Origin: an uncultured Muribaculaceae bacterium
GTDB lineage: Bacteria; Bacteroidota; Bacteroidia; Bacteroidales; Muribaculaceae
Assembly: GCA_948788915.1 (NCBI GenBank)
Contig: CAQFOZ010000002.1
Coordinates: forward strand, 11,407 to 75,406
Direction: 5' to 3'
Length of the DNA stretch: 64,000 nucleotides
This document shows, piece by piece, positions 40,746-50,088 of this stretch. A program made the translations under genes and the position numbers. Each line of letters begins with the position of its first letter. Position 1 is the first letter of the stretch. The notes under the pieces were generated by a model. It made no database searches. It was not told the origin of the DNA and worked only from the letters and a program-made list of their open reading frames with translations.

Positions 40746-41410
40746 TTTTTTGATTTCAAAATTGCTACGGGAGTAACTCCACCCCTTGTGATATCTCCTA
40801 TTTTCAACAATATCTCAGCATCTACTGGCAAATAAATGTCCACTCTTGACCCAAACTTTATGAATCCCAGATGCTCATCAATAGATGCATTATCATTTTT
40901 GCGTGCATATGTAACTATCCTGCGCGCCATGGCTCCTGCTATCTGACGCACTGTAATCCGGTTACCATCGTCACACAAAATGCCTATTGTGCTTCTTTCG
41001 TTATCGGTACTCGCCTTTGGCAGATAAGCCGACAAAAACCGGCCTGACTTGTGCCTGACATATTCCACTTTCCCGTCTACAGGAAACCAATTGGCATGCA
41101 CATTAAGCGGAGACATGAACACTGAAAACATTATCGCTTCTGAATGAAGATATTCATTCTCCATAACACGTTCTATTGCTACAACCTTTCCATCCACAGA
41201 ACTTACAACATGATTGTAACGCTCTCCCTTGTAACATCTGACCGGACATCGGAAAAAATTGAATACAAAAGAATACACCACAATAGAGAGCGCGCTGAAA
41301 CAAAGTGGTATAACTACCGGTGGCATAAAAAGCCACACCGGAATGTTAAGTGCTCCCAGCACGATAAACAATAATATCAATATGTTGGTTCCCTCCCTGT
41401 GGATTGTCAT
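40742..41410 (-). CDS. psd: Phosphatidylserine decarboxylase
   Basis: FFRCP, FMSPLNVH, GFIKFGSRVD. Confidence 0.95.
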   Translation of the reverse strand: MTIHREGTNILILLFIVLGALNIPVWLFMPPVVIPLCFSALSIVVYSFVFNFFRCPVRCYKGERYNHVVSSVDGKVVAIERVMENEYLHSEAIMFSVFMSPLNVHANWFPVDGKVEYVRHKSGRFLSAYLPKASTDNERSTIGILCDDGNRITVRQIAGAMARRIVTYARKNDNASIDEHLGFIKFGSRVDIYLPVDAEILLKIGDITRGGVTPVAILKSKK

Positions 41411-41507
41411 ATTGCAAATTTATACCTTTTTCGTTAATTTTGCAAAGCAACCTAAATAATTCATTTATAATAAACCCTATTTTTACCTTAACTCGGACTA
41501 AGCATCA

Positions 41508-42518
41508 ATGAAGAATCGTATAAAAAAGGCATATGACAACATGCAGTCAATATCAAAACCACTTTATTGGGTTTTGATAGCACTTATGATATTCCCGTTT
41601 AAAATGTGCTTTGGCGTAGAAGTATTCTCTCCTGCCACAGCACTGTTTTTCGGTCTGTTATTCGCGATTGTTTTTGGTATTCCGTATCCGAAATTTAATA
41701 AAAAACTCTCAAAATACCTCCTTCAGGCCTCCGTAGTAGGACTCGGATTCGGTATGAACCTACAGAAAAGTCTTCAGTCCGGAGCTGACGGTATGCTTTT
41801 CACCATCGTATCCGTAATAGGTGTAATGGTCCTCGGTATCCTTCTCGGCAAATATCTTAATATCGATAAGAAAGCTTCTTATCTGATTTCTGCCGGGACA
41901 GCAATATGCGGAGGGTCAGCAATCGCTGCAGTAGGAGGCGTGATGAGAGCTAATGAAAAGAACATGGCTGTATCTTTAGGAGTTATATTTATTCTGAACG
42001 CAGTCGCACTTTTTATTTTTCCACCTCTTGGACATCTTTTTAATATGTCGCAAGCTCAATTTGGCACATGGGCGGCTATCGCCATTCATGACACAAGCTC
42101 TGTTGTAGGAGCCGGAGCCGCATTTGGAGCCGAAGCCTGCGAGCTGGCCACACTCATCAAATGCACCCGCGCACTGTGGATAATTCCGCTGGCATTCTTT
42201 ACTATCTGGTATTTCCGCAAAGACAAGCAGGAAGGAAAAACAAAAGTTGCCATTCCATGGTTTATACTCCTCTTCGTTGTGGCTATGGTTATCAACACCT
42301 ACACAAGAGAACTGGCTCCTACAATACTCCCTGATCTTTATGACGGAATTGTAGCAATTTCCAAACAGGCATTGGTAACAGTTTTGTTCGCGATAGGTGC
42401 AAGCCTTAGCATAGGTGTCATTCGCGAAGTTGGAGTGAAACCGCTGCTTCAGGCAATAATTTTATGGATAGCCATTGGAGCCTCAAGCCTGATCGTATGT
42501 TTGAACATGGACATTTAA
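41508..42518 (+). CDS. YeiH/UPF0324 putative sulfate exporter
   Basis: GTAICGGSAIAA, AIHDTSSVV, KCTRALW. Confidence 0.9.
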   Translation: MKNRIKKAYDNMQSISKPLYWVLIALMIFPFKMCFGVEVFSPATALFFGLLFAIVFGIPYPKFNKKLSKYLLQASVVGLGFGMNLQKSLQSGADGMLFTIVSVIGVMVLGILLGKYLNIDKKASYLISAGTAICGGSAIAAVGGVMRANEKNMAVSLGVIFILNAVALFIFPPLGHLFNMSQAQFGTWAAIAIHDTSSVVGAGAAFGAEACELATLIKCTRALWIIPLAFFTIWYFRKDKQEGKTKVAIPWFILLFVVAMVINTYTRELAPTILPDLYDGIVAISKQALVTVLFAIGASLSIGVIREVGVKPLLQAIILWIAIGASSLIVCLNMDI

Positions 42519-42568
42519 ATTCTAATAGTCCAAAACCTCACTACTCATAAATTCTTACATAAGACTAT

Positions 42569-43525
42569 ATGAACGGCCTGCAGATAATAATGAAATCATG
42601 TAGCGCATCTACTCTATGGATCGGGGCTGCATCAGTAGCTGCCGGATGCGCGTCCGCAACTGCATACGGATATACGGAGATTTTTCCGGCTCTCCTATGC
42701 TTTGCATTCGCTTTTTTTGCACAATGCACAGGAAATATCGGTCACAGATACTACGATGAGAAATATGGTTATGGAGAGAATCTGCGTGACTGCATGTCAT
42801 ATGAAGACGACGAAGGCCGTCCTGTGTTATATTGCCTTACAGAAGGACTGAGAATCTTTTCTGGCTTTACAATACTTGTAGGACTTGGCCTATTTATGAT
42901 GGCAGGTTGGTGGACTTTGATTCCCGGAGCAATCATAATTGCTATAAACTGGCTCAACAATCACGGCAAGCATCCATGGAGCAGAAGTCTATTTTACCCA
43001 ATAATAACTTTCATATTATTTGGTCCTGTAACAGTAATAACAACTGATCTGGTTATATCACGGTCTTCTCTGAATCAGGATTTTGTTTTACAAGATCTTA
43101 AGTTAGCTCTCGTAATGAGCATTGTAATGGGATTTATGGCTTTCAATTATCACATAATATTCAGAGCCACACATGCCATGTTAGGAATAGGTGTCAGCAA
43201 ATCATTCACAAGTGAATTTGGAGTTAAAGTTGCAGCCGGCATAATAGCCGCAAGCACTTTAATTTATACTGCGGTTCTAAGTGTAGCACCTATCGAGATA
43301 TCCGTATACACAGGATACGGGTTTCTTGTCTTGCCCGCAGTTTCATTAATTCTAAGTTTCACATCAATATATTTGCTGATGAAAAGTACTGATCCGACAA
43401 AAGCACTGAACTTATCATTGGTAAATATAGTGATAGTAGGATTAGCAACACTAATAATATTCAGCATTATAGGATATCCAAGCATTAGTGATTATCCGCA
43501 CTCTGATTTTCTTGATATTATATAA
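42569..43525 (+). CDS. Diverged UbiA/MenA-like prenyltransferase homologue
   Basis: MenA-like TM layout; Asp-rich motifs degenerate (NIGHRYYDEKYG). Confidence 0.6.
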   Translation: MNGLQIIMKSCSASTLWIGAASVAAGCASATAYGYTEIFPALLCFAFAFFAQCTGNIGHRYYDEKYGYGENLRDCMSYEDDEGRPVLYCLTEGLRIFSGFTILVGLGLFMMAGWWTLIPGAIIIAINWLNNHGKHPWSRSLFYPIITFILFGPVTVITTDLVISRSSLNQDFVLQDLKLALVMSIVMGFMAFNYHIIFRATHAMLGIGVSKSFTSEFGVKVAAGIIAASTLIYTAVLSVAPIEISVYTGYGFLVLPAVSLILSFTSIYLLMKSTDPTKALNLSLVNIVIVGLATLIIFSIIGYPSISDYPHSDFLDII

Positions 43526-43637
43526 TAAAAGCGCTTTCATAGAAACTTTACACACCGCAGCATATGACTTATACGCCATTTTCAGACAAAGGAAATCAAG
43601 GTATAAATCAAAAAAAGCAGATAAAGTTGGTCCATAT

Positions 43638-43669
43638 TTTGCAGAAATGTAAAAAATATATTAATTTTG
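43638..43669 (+). promoter_or_regulatory. tRNA-Pro promoter (-33 TTTG, -7 TAATTTTG)
   Basis: Consensus elements 20 nt apart. Confidence 0.7.
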
Positions 43670-43685
43670 CAGTCGCAAACTGATT

Positions 43686-43759
43686 CGGGGTGTAGCACAG
43701 TTGGCTAGCGCGCTACGTTCGGGACGTAGAGGTCGGGCGTTCGAGTCGCCTCACCCCGA
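43686..43759 (+). tRNA. tRNA-Pro (anticodon CGG)
   Basis: Cloverleaf: CGGGGTG/CACCCCG acceptor, CTACG-TTCGGGA-CGTAG anticodon arm, GGGCG-TTCGAGT-CGCCT T arm. Confidence 0.97.
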
Positions 43760-43763
43760 CAGT

Positions 43764-43806
43764 AACAAGGCTTGGAATTTCAATGAATTCCAAGCCTTGT
43801 GTTTTT
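43764..43806 (+). terminator. Terminator after tRNA-Pro
   Basis: ACAAGGCTTGGAATT/AATTCCAAGCCTTGT followed by a T run. Confidence 0.8.
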
Positions 43807-43904
43807 AATAATCTCAATTTCTCAGTATCTCTACGTCTTTGATGTGTTAAACGGGAGGATCCACCCAAAACCGAATTCGACAGATCCTCCGTTATTTATT
43901 TAAA

Positions 43905-45230
43905 TCATTTCACATTATCGCATATCCTCAAAAGATGACGGCTAACCTCATCCCAGTCATAGTAACCCGGAGCCAGTCTGGATTCTTTTATTCCGTTAAG
44001 CGATACTGGCTGTTCGTGCAACCTGAATCCTGCAAGCACCTTGCCTGCTTTATTTCTAAAAAGAATCATCTGTAGATTTCCACCCATAGGAGTCAGCTTG
44101 TCACTATGCCAGATATTGGCAACATTTTTTATGCCTGCGGCACTGCCGTCCGCACCATCCACTCCCATAAAAGCGATAAGTTTTAACAAACCGGTATCAT
44201 GACCGAATCTAAAATCAGCAGTCACTCCATTACCTGCAAGTGATTCATTGGCTTTATTGACAATATCTCTTACAAGATTCACCGAACTTTTGGGACCGCA
44301 CCCATCCGTGAGAACGGCATTACCGTGACGGACATATAAACGGTAATTACTTACAAGCCATTGGTTATAGAGATCTTCCGGTTCAAAAACATCCATTATA
44401 TTTTCATGTGCCTCCGGTTCAATATTCTGAAGCGATGTCGCAATCTCACGGATATAATTCATCATCTTACCCAGATTCTCTACTTTTGAGACATCCTTGA
44501 AAAGTTTTCTGGCTGAAGCCTCCGAACGTTGCAGAGAATCTATCATAGGCTGACTACCAACACGCCATATTGAATCGCTGTTTTCCAGTTTTTCCGCACA
44601 TGGCGATTTATAGACAATGATATCCATGTCTTTCGGAGTCGCATGACGAAGCACTGTAAGTTTAGGATTATTCTCTTTCAGACCTTCGGAAAAGGCGGCC
44701 ATAGACATAATACAACGCTGCACCATAGATGAACGCGCCTGCACCGTATCTCCGTCTTTAAAAAGCCCCGGAAACCGTTTATACAGACGTGTGGCAATTT
44801 CTTTATGCTGCTTTGCGCCGAGCGACGACAATTCTCCTATATGTCCATCGGTTACAGCCTCACTCTTACGCACTACTCTAAGCAAATTTTTACCTTTTTC
44901 TGTAAGATTATCCATCTTCTCCTGTGGTTCAAGAAGCTTAAGCAGTCTGGGATGATAATTGGTACTTAATACATATCTTGATCCGTGACGACCATAATGA
45001 CTCACATATACCGGTTCAAATCCCGCAGGCACAGGAGCAAGAGAGTCTGTTGTAAACGGATATGCAAAATACATTCCGCCCGCACGTTCTGGTGTCGCAT
45101 ATATAGCCGCCCGATTATTTTTTTCACAATCCTCCTGCTTGCCGCAATTGTTGTTACAGCCTTCATGCGCATAGGCTGTGCAGCCAACAGCAACAAGTAC
45201 GGCCAAAATATTCGCTCTGATTTTTTTCAT
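43905..45230 (-). CDS. Secreted histidine acid phosphatase
   Basis: Signal peptide, HYGRHGSR, FGHD. Confidence 0.9.
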   Translation of the reverse strand: MKKIRANILAVLVAVGCTAYAHEGCNNNCGKQEDCEKNNRAAIYATPERAGGMYFAYPFTTDSLAPVPAGFEPVYVSHYGRHGSRYVLSTNYHPRLLKLLEPQEKMDNLTEKGKNLLRVVRKSEAVTDGHIGELSSLGAKQHKEIATRLYKRFPGLFKDGDTVQARSSMVQRCIMSMAAFSEGLKENNPKLTVLRHATPKDMDIIVYKSPCAEKLENSDSIWRVGSQPMIDSLQRSEASARKLFKDVSKVENLGKMMNYIREIATSLQNIEPEAHENIMDVFEPEDLYNQWLVSNYRLYVRHGNAVLTDGCGPKSSVNLVRDIVNKANESLAGNGVTADFRFGHDTGLLKLIAFMGVDGADGSAAGIKNVANIWHSDKLTPMGGNLQMILFRNKAGKVLAGFRLHEQPVSLNGIKESRLAPGYYDWDEVSRHLLRICDNVK

Positions 45231-45251
45231 ATAAATATAAGGTTCGTTAAG

Positions 45252-46541
45252 TTATTTCATCCATTTAGACTTCAGATCATCCCATCTGTAAAAACCGGGG
45301 GAAAACTCTACCAGACCGTCCACTTTTACAGGCCGCTCGTTCAGTCTTATTGCAACAATCGTCTCATTCCCCGCATTGCGATAATAAGTAAGCTGAATGT
45401 TTGCCGCCATAGGTGTTATTCGATAAGACTGCCATACTCTTGACGCCTCATCTATCCCTTTGACAGTATCATTTGTACCTGCCACATCCATCCGGGCAAG
45501 CAACCGCATAAGAAATATATCATGACCGAATCTTAGATTTACCTTCGGTCCCTTACCTGCAAGCGAAAGATCTGCATTCTTAATAATATCATTAAGGAGA
45601 TTAGCCGCACTCTTGGGTCCTTCGCAATTTCCGTCTATCGAATTTCCATGACGGACATAATTCTCATAATCTTCCCCTTTCCATAAATTATAGAGATCTT
45701 CTTTATCAAAATATTGAAACAGATCTATATCCAGATTATCCACATTCTGAACAGCTTTGGCCACATCCTGAAGATTCTTCATAAATGAGGGGAGCTTTTT
45801 CACTTTGTTCGGATTTTTGAAAATCTTTTTGGCCGTTTTAAAAGATTTATACAGAGAGTCGCGCTTAGGCTCATATTCTTTTTTCCACTCTTGAGGATCA
45901 TCATATATAGCTTTTGCCGCCTTGGTATGGTAGGCAATAAATTTCATATCCCCTGGAGATGCATATTTCACAATATTCAATTTCGGATTCTTCTCCTTAA
46001 GAGCCTCCGTAAAAGACAACATTGATATAATGCACCTTTGCTGAGTTGAACTGCGGGCTATGATCTCTTCCTCTCCAGCAAACAACTCCGGGAATCTTGC
46101 TATCATACGTCTGGCAATGCCGGCATGTTGCATTTCACCAAGACGTGTAAGTTCTCCAAGATGGCCTTCCGTGTTTTCACCACTTTTTCTAACCATAGCA
46201 AGAATGGATTCACCAGCTTTCGTAAGATTCTTATTCCGCTTCTCATTTTCAAGCACATTCACGACTTTCCTATGCAAACTCGAAGAGGTTACCCACCGAG
46301 ATCCATGACGGCCATAATGACTAAGATATACCGGTTTAAAACCATCAGGCACTATGGCCATAGAATCTGTTGAATACGGATACGCATAATAATATCCTCC
46401 CGATTTCTCCGGAGTCGCGGCAATTTCCGCCCTGATCGCCGAATCGGCTAAATCATTGCCAGTTTTCAATCCGTTTTTTTTTGCATGGACAGCCGGCATG
46501 ACAGCCAACATACAAGAAAAGATAACAAACAATCGTTTCAT
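45252..46541 (-). CDS. Secreted histidine acid phosphatase (paralogue)
   Basis: Signal peptide, HYGRHGSR, FGHD. Confidence 0.9.
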   Translation of the reverse strand: MKRLFVIFSCMLAVMPAVHAKKNGLKTGNDLADSAIRAEIAATPEKSGGYYYAYPYSTDSMAIVPDGFKPVYLSHYGRHGSRWVTSSSLHRKVVNVLENEKRNKNLTKAGESILAMVRKSGENTEGHLGELTRLGEMQHAGIARRMIARFPELFAGEEEIIARSSTQQRCIISMLSFTEALKEKNPKLNIVKYASPGDMKFIAYHTKAAKAIYDDPQEWKKEYEPKRDSLYKSFKTAKKIFKNPNKVKKLPSFMKNLQDVAKAVQNVDNLDIDLFQYFDKEDLYNLWKGEDYENYVRHGNSIDGNCEGPKSAANLLNDIIKNADLSLAGKGPKVNLRFGHDIFLMRLLARMDVAGTNDTVKGIDEASRVWQSYRITPMAANIQLTYYRNAGNETIVAIRLNERPVKVDGLVEFSPGFYRWDDLKSKWMK

Positions 46542-46813
46542 TACGTAATTCTTTAAGTAAGTATGGATTAAATATAATATGATATTATAAGATTCGTCAA
46601 TTCATCAATTTAGGATAAGTTTGTAGACTGTTTAAAGTTTAGAACTCGCTTCTAATCAGTTTCTAAATTAATAAAAAATTTTTTAACAATCAATTATTCA
46701 ACAAGCAACACCCCTCCGTTCCCACTCCCGTTTCATTCGTAAAAGCATCAAATACAAAGGCGTAAAAGAATGTTTCCTAAAACCGATGGGGGATAATTCC
46801 CTGTTTTGGGAAA

Positions 46814-46835
46814 TGCGACTTGTCCGCAAGTCGCA
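46814..46835 (+). repeat. REP-like hairpin
   Basis: TGCGACTTG-TCCG-CAAGTCGCA. Confidence 0.6.
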
Positions 46836-46836
46836 C

Positions 46837-46884
46837 ATAAAAAAAAATAAAGGGACTCGTGTAGGAATCCCTTTATTTTTTTAT
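46837..46884 (-). terminator. secDF terminator
   Basis: AAAAAAATAAAGGGA...TCCCTTTATTTTTTT. Confidence 0.75.
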
Positions 46885-46907
46885 GCATTGTGATTATAAA
46901 TAACATT

Positions 46908-49877
46908 TTATTTAAAACGACGGTTACCCTCCAATACGGGTTTGCCATCTGCCACAGTAGTGTCCTTCTTGCTGTTGCGACTCATGATATTGTAAGCGAT
47001 CGGTGCAGCGCAGAAAAGCGAGCAGAATGTACCTACAATCACACCAAAGATCATTGCGAATGTGAATGAACGTATAGTGTCACCACCAAGGAAGAAGATG
47101 CACAGAAGCACCAGAAGAGTAGAGAACGAAGTCATCACCGTACGGCTCAAAGTCTGGTTAAGTGACTTGTTGAATGTTTTTCTTCTGTCCTCTTTCGGGT
47201 AAAGACCTATCATTTCACGGACACGGTCGAATACAACCACAGTATCATTGATCTGATATCCTATAATAGTCAACACCGCTGCTATGAACGACTGGTCTAT
47301 CTCCATTGAGAATGGAAGGAATCCCCAGCAAATAGAATAGAATCCTACAATGAGGAATGCTGTCAAAGCAACGGCTGCTACAGCACCCACTGAGAAAGCG
47401 ATGTTACGGAAACGCAAAAGGATATACAAGAACATACATACAATTGCGATGCTAAGAGCCCAAGCAGCATCCTTTTTCATATCATCTGCCACAGACGGAC
47501 CTACTTTCTGGATAGAAATTATACCGTGGCTTTCATCTGAAACGGCAAACTGCTCAAGATTCATTGTATTACCATTGACGGTCAACTCCTCTTTAAGACC
47601 TTTGTACAGAAGACTTGCAATTTCATTCTCAACTCCCTCTCCCTCGTCTGCAATCTTGTAATTGGTCGAGATACGCAACTTAGACGGATTGTCTATATTG
47701 ATAACCGCTACAGATACAGTGGGATCATTAGCCTCCTTCTGAAGAAGTTGAAGAAGATTCTCCTGAACTTTCTGACGATCCACATCTTTCTCGAACTGAA
47801 CGACATAGTTACGGCCTCCGGAGAAGTCAATACCCTGATTCATGCCACGTACGAACAAAGAAGCAATAGAAATTACTATCAGAGCTATCCATACCACTGA
47901 TGCAGTCCTGGTCTTGCCAATGAAATTAACTTTGGTATTTGTCAGGAAGTTGCGGCTCATTGCTGTAGTAAATGACATGTTGGCGCAACGACCATTTTTT
48001 GTAATAAGATCAAATGCGATGCGTGTCAGGAACACGGCTGTGAAGAACGAGCAGACAATACCTATAATAAGTGTGGTTGCAAAACCCTTGATCGGACCAG
48101 ATCCGAAAAATAGGAGGATCACACCTGTGATTACTGAAGTAAGGTTGGAGTCAAAGATAGCTGAGAATGCATTGCTGTAACCTTCAGAGATAGATTGGCG
48201 AAGTTTCTTGCCATTCTTGAGTTCCTCTTTTGTACGCTCGAAGATAAGCACATTGGCATCCACTGCCATACCGAGGGCAAGCACAATACCCGCAATACCG
48301 GAAAGTGTAAGTACTGCCTGAATGGAAGCAAGAATACCGAGAGTGAAATAGAGGTTAAGGATAAGTCCTAAATTTGCCACAAGACCCGGAATCCATCCGT
48401 AATAGGAGATCATAAGGATCATAAGGAGGATGATAGCCACCACAAATGAAATGAAGCCCATCTGAATTGCCTCAGCACCAAGACTCGGACCAATCACATT
48501 GTTGCTTACGACATTCACCTTGGCTGACATCTTACCGCTCTTCAGCACATTTGCAAGGTCATTAGCCTCTTCAGGTGTAAAGTTACCTGTAATCTCAGAA
48601 CTTCCGCCAGTGATCTCATTGTTCACATTCGGGAAAGAATAGACATGATCATCAAGAACAATGGCGATAGGACGGCCAATATTGTTTCGTGTGATGGTCG
48701 CCCACTCCTGTGCTCCGCGATCACTCATTTTCATAGTCACGAGATTACCGCGCATGTTGTCAAATTCAGAAGATGCAGATGTAACAGCATCGCCCTCCAG
48801 AACAGCATCACCTTTAAGGGCTACAAGCTCCCAGTATCCTACAGTTTTATTTTCACCGTTGGCTTTCTTCACAACATTGCCAGCTGCATCCGTAACAGGG
48901 AATTCAGCCTGCTTAACGCTCCAAAGCAATGAAAGGTCCGAAGGAAGAATTCGTTTGGCAAGATCACTGCTTAACACGGAATCAACCACTGCCTTATTGG
49001 ATGGTGTCACCATGCCGACGACAGGAGATCCTGAACGCTGAGCCCCTCCGAGAAGTTCGATAATATTAAGATGATTCACAGTATCCTGCTGAGCATATGC
49101 TGCTGCAAAACGCTGTAGGTCACCTGCTATCTCATTGTAGTTATAAACCTCATAGAACTCCAGATTAGCACTTGACTTGAGAAGATCTGTAACACGTTCC
49201 GGTTCTTTTACACCAGGAAGTTCCAGAAGAATCTGACCGCTTTTGTCCTGCAGTTTCTGAATATTCGGAGCAACCACACCAAACTGGTCGATACGTGTAC
49301 GGAAAATATTGAAGGCTGCATCAACCTGGCTGTTCACCTGCTTTTCAAGAGCCTCTGTCACATCCTCGTTAGTGGAATTTGACTTAAGGCTACCCAAAAA
49401 TTCACCTTCGCGCACAAACAGGCTCGCCATTACTCCCGGCTGGATATTGGATGCAAAACGCTTGATGAAATCCGAATCGCTGCCTTTGGCTCCGTCAGAT
49501 TCTGTCTGCTTAATAGCTGAATTAATCTGTGCCAGCTGAGCGTCACCGGATGCATATTGACGCAAAATGTCAGGTACTGAAATCTCCAATACCACATTCA
49601 TACCACCTTTCAGGTCAAGACCGAGACCAACCTCCATCTTGCGCACCTGATTATAGGTGTAGTTAAGATAAACTTTCTCTTTGTCGATTGAGTCGTTGAA
49701 TTGCTTCAGACTTTGTTTGTAAACATCATTTGTCTCATCCGTTGTCTTAGCCTGGGCCGCTGCAAATTCCTTAGCCTTTTTCTCATAGTGAGATGTTACA
49801 AAGCTGAAAGAGATGTAAAAGCCGCAGATCAATATCAAAAGGACGGCAATGGTGCTGATAAACCCTTTGTTCTGCAT
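46908..49877 (-). CDS. secDF: Fused protein translocase SecDF
   Basis: LGLDLKGG, GMAVDANVLIFER, GIDFSGG, GYQINDTVVVFDR. Confidence 0.97.
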   Translation of the reverse strand: MQNKGFISTIAVLLILICGFYISFSFVTSHYEKKAKEFAAAQAKTTDETNDVYKQSLKQFNDSIDKEKVYLNYTYNQVRKMEVGLGLDLKGGMNVVLEISVPDILRQYASGDAQLAQINSAIKQTESDGAKGSDSDFIKRFASNIQPGVMASLFVREGEFLGSLKSNSTNEDVTEALEKQVNSQVDAAFNIFRTRIDQFGVVAPNIQKLQDKSGQILLELPGVKEPERVTDLLKSSANLEFYEVYNYNEIAGDLQRFAAAYAQQDTVNHLNIIELLGGAQRSGSPVVGMVTPSNKAVVDSVLSSDLAKRILPSDLSLLWSVKQAEFPVTDAAGNVVKKANGENKTVGYWELVALKGDAVLEGDAVTSASSEFDNMRGNLVTMKMSDRGAQEWATITRNNIGRPIAIVLDDHVYSFPNVNNEITGGSSEITGNFTPEEANDLANVLKSGKMSAKVNVVSNNVIGPSLGAEAIQMGFISFVVAIILLMILMISYYGWIPGLVANLGLILNLYFTLGILASIQAVLTLSGIAGIVLALGMAVDANVLIFERTKEELKNGKKLRQSISEGYSNAFSAIFDSNLTSVITGVILLFFGSGPIKGFATTLIIGIVCSFFTAVFLTRIAFDLITKNGRCANMSFTTAMSRNFLTNTKVNFIGKTRTASVVWIALIVISIASLFVRGMNQGIDFSGGRNYVVQFEKDVDRQKVQENLLQLLQKEANDPTVSVAVINIDNPSKLRISTNYKIADEGEGVENEIASLLYKGLKEELTVNGNTMNLEQFAVSDESHGIISIQKVGPSVADDMKKDAAWALSIAIVCMFLYILLRFRNIAFSVGAVAAVALTAFLIVGFYSICWGFLPFSMEIDQSFIAAVLTIIGYQINDTVVVFDRVREMIGLYPKEDRRKTFNKSLNQTLSRTVMTSFSTLLVLLCIFFLGGDTIRSFTFAMIFGVIVGTFCSLFCAAPIAYNIMSRNSKKDTTVADGKPVLEGNRRFK

Positions 49878-50088
49878 TTCTTGTTGTTATTTTATGTTAT
49901 TTTTTTCGATCAGATCCCTTACGGGCACACGGAGTGCCACGTAAAGATATTATTTCAGCTTGCAAATATAGGAGTTTTTTTTGAGCTTTTAAGCATTAAC
50001 ATCATATATTTTATTCTTTGTGGCTTCAATTATCAATAATTTTATATATTTTTGGCGTTCTTTTAAGTAGAATTGCTTCACACTTCAT

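Noticed and set aside
43760..43900. Island integrated at tRNA-Pro
   Set aside because: Only terminators follow; no integrase or duplicated tRNA end
46474..46482. A9 run near the 5' end of a phosphatase gene as a phase-variation switch
   Set aside because: In-frame Lys codons; such runs are common in this genome and nothing shows variation
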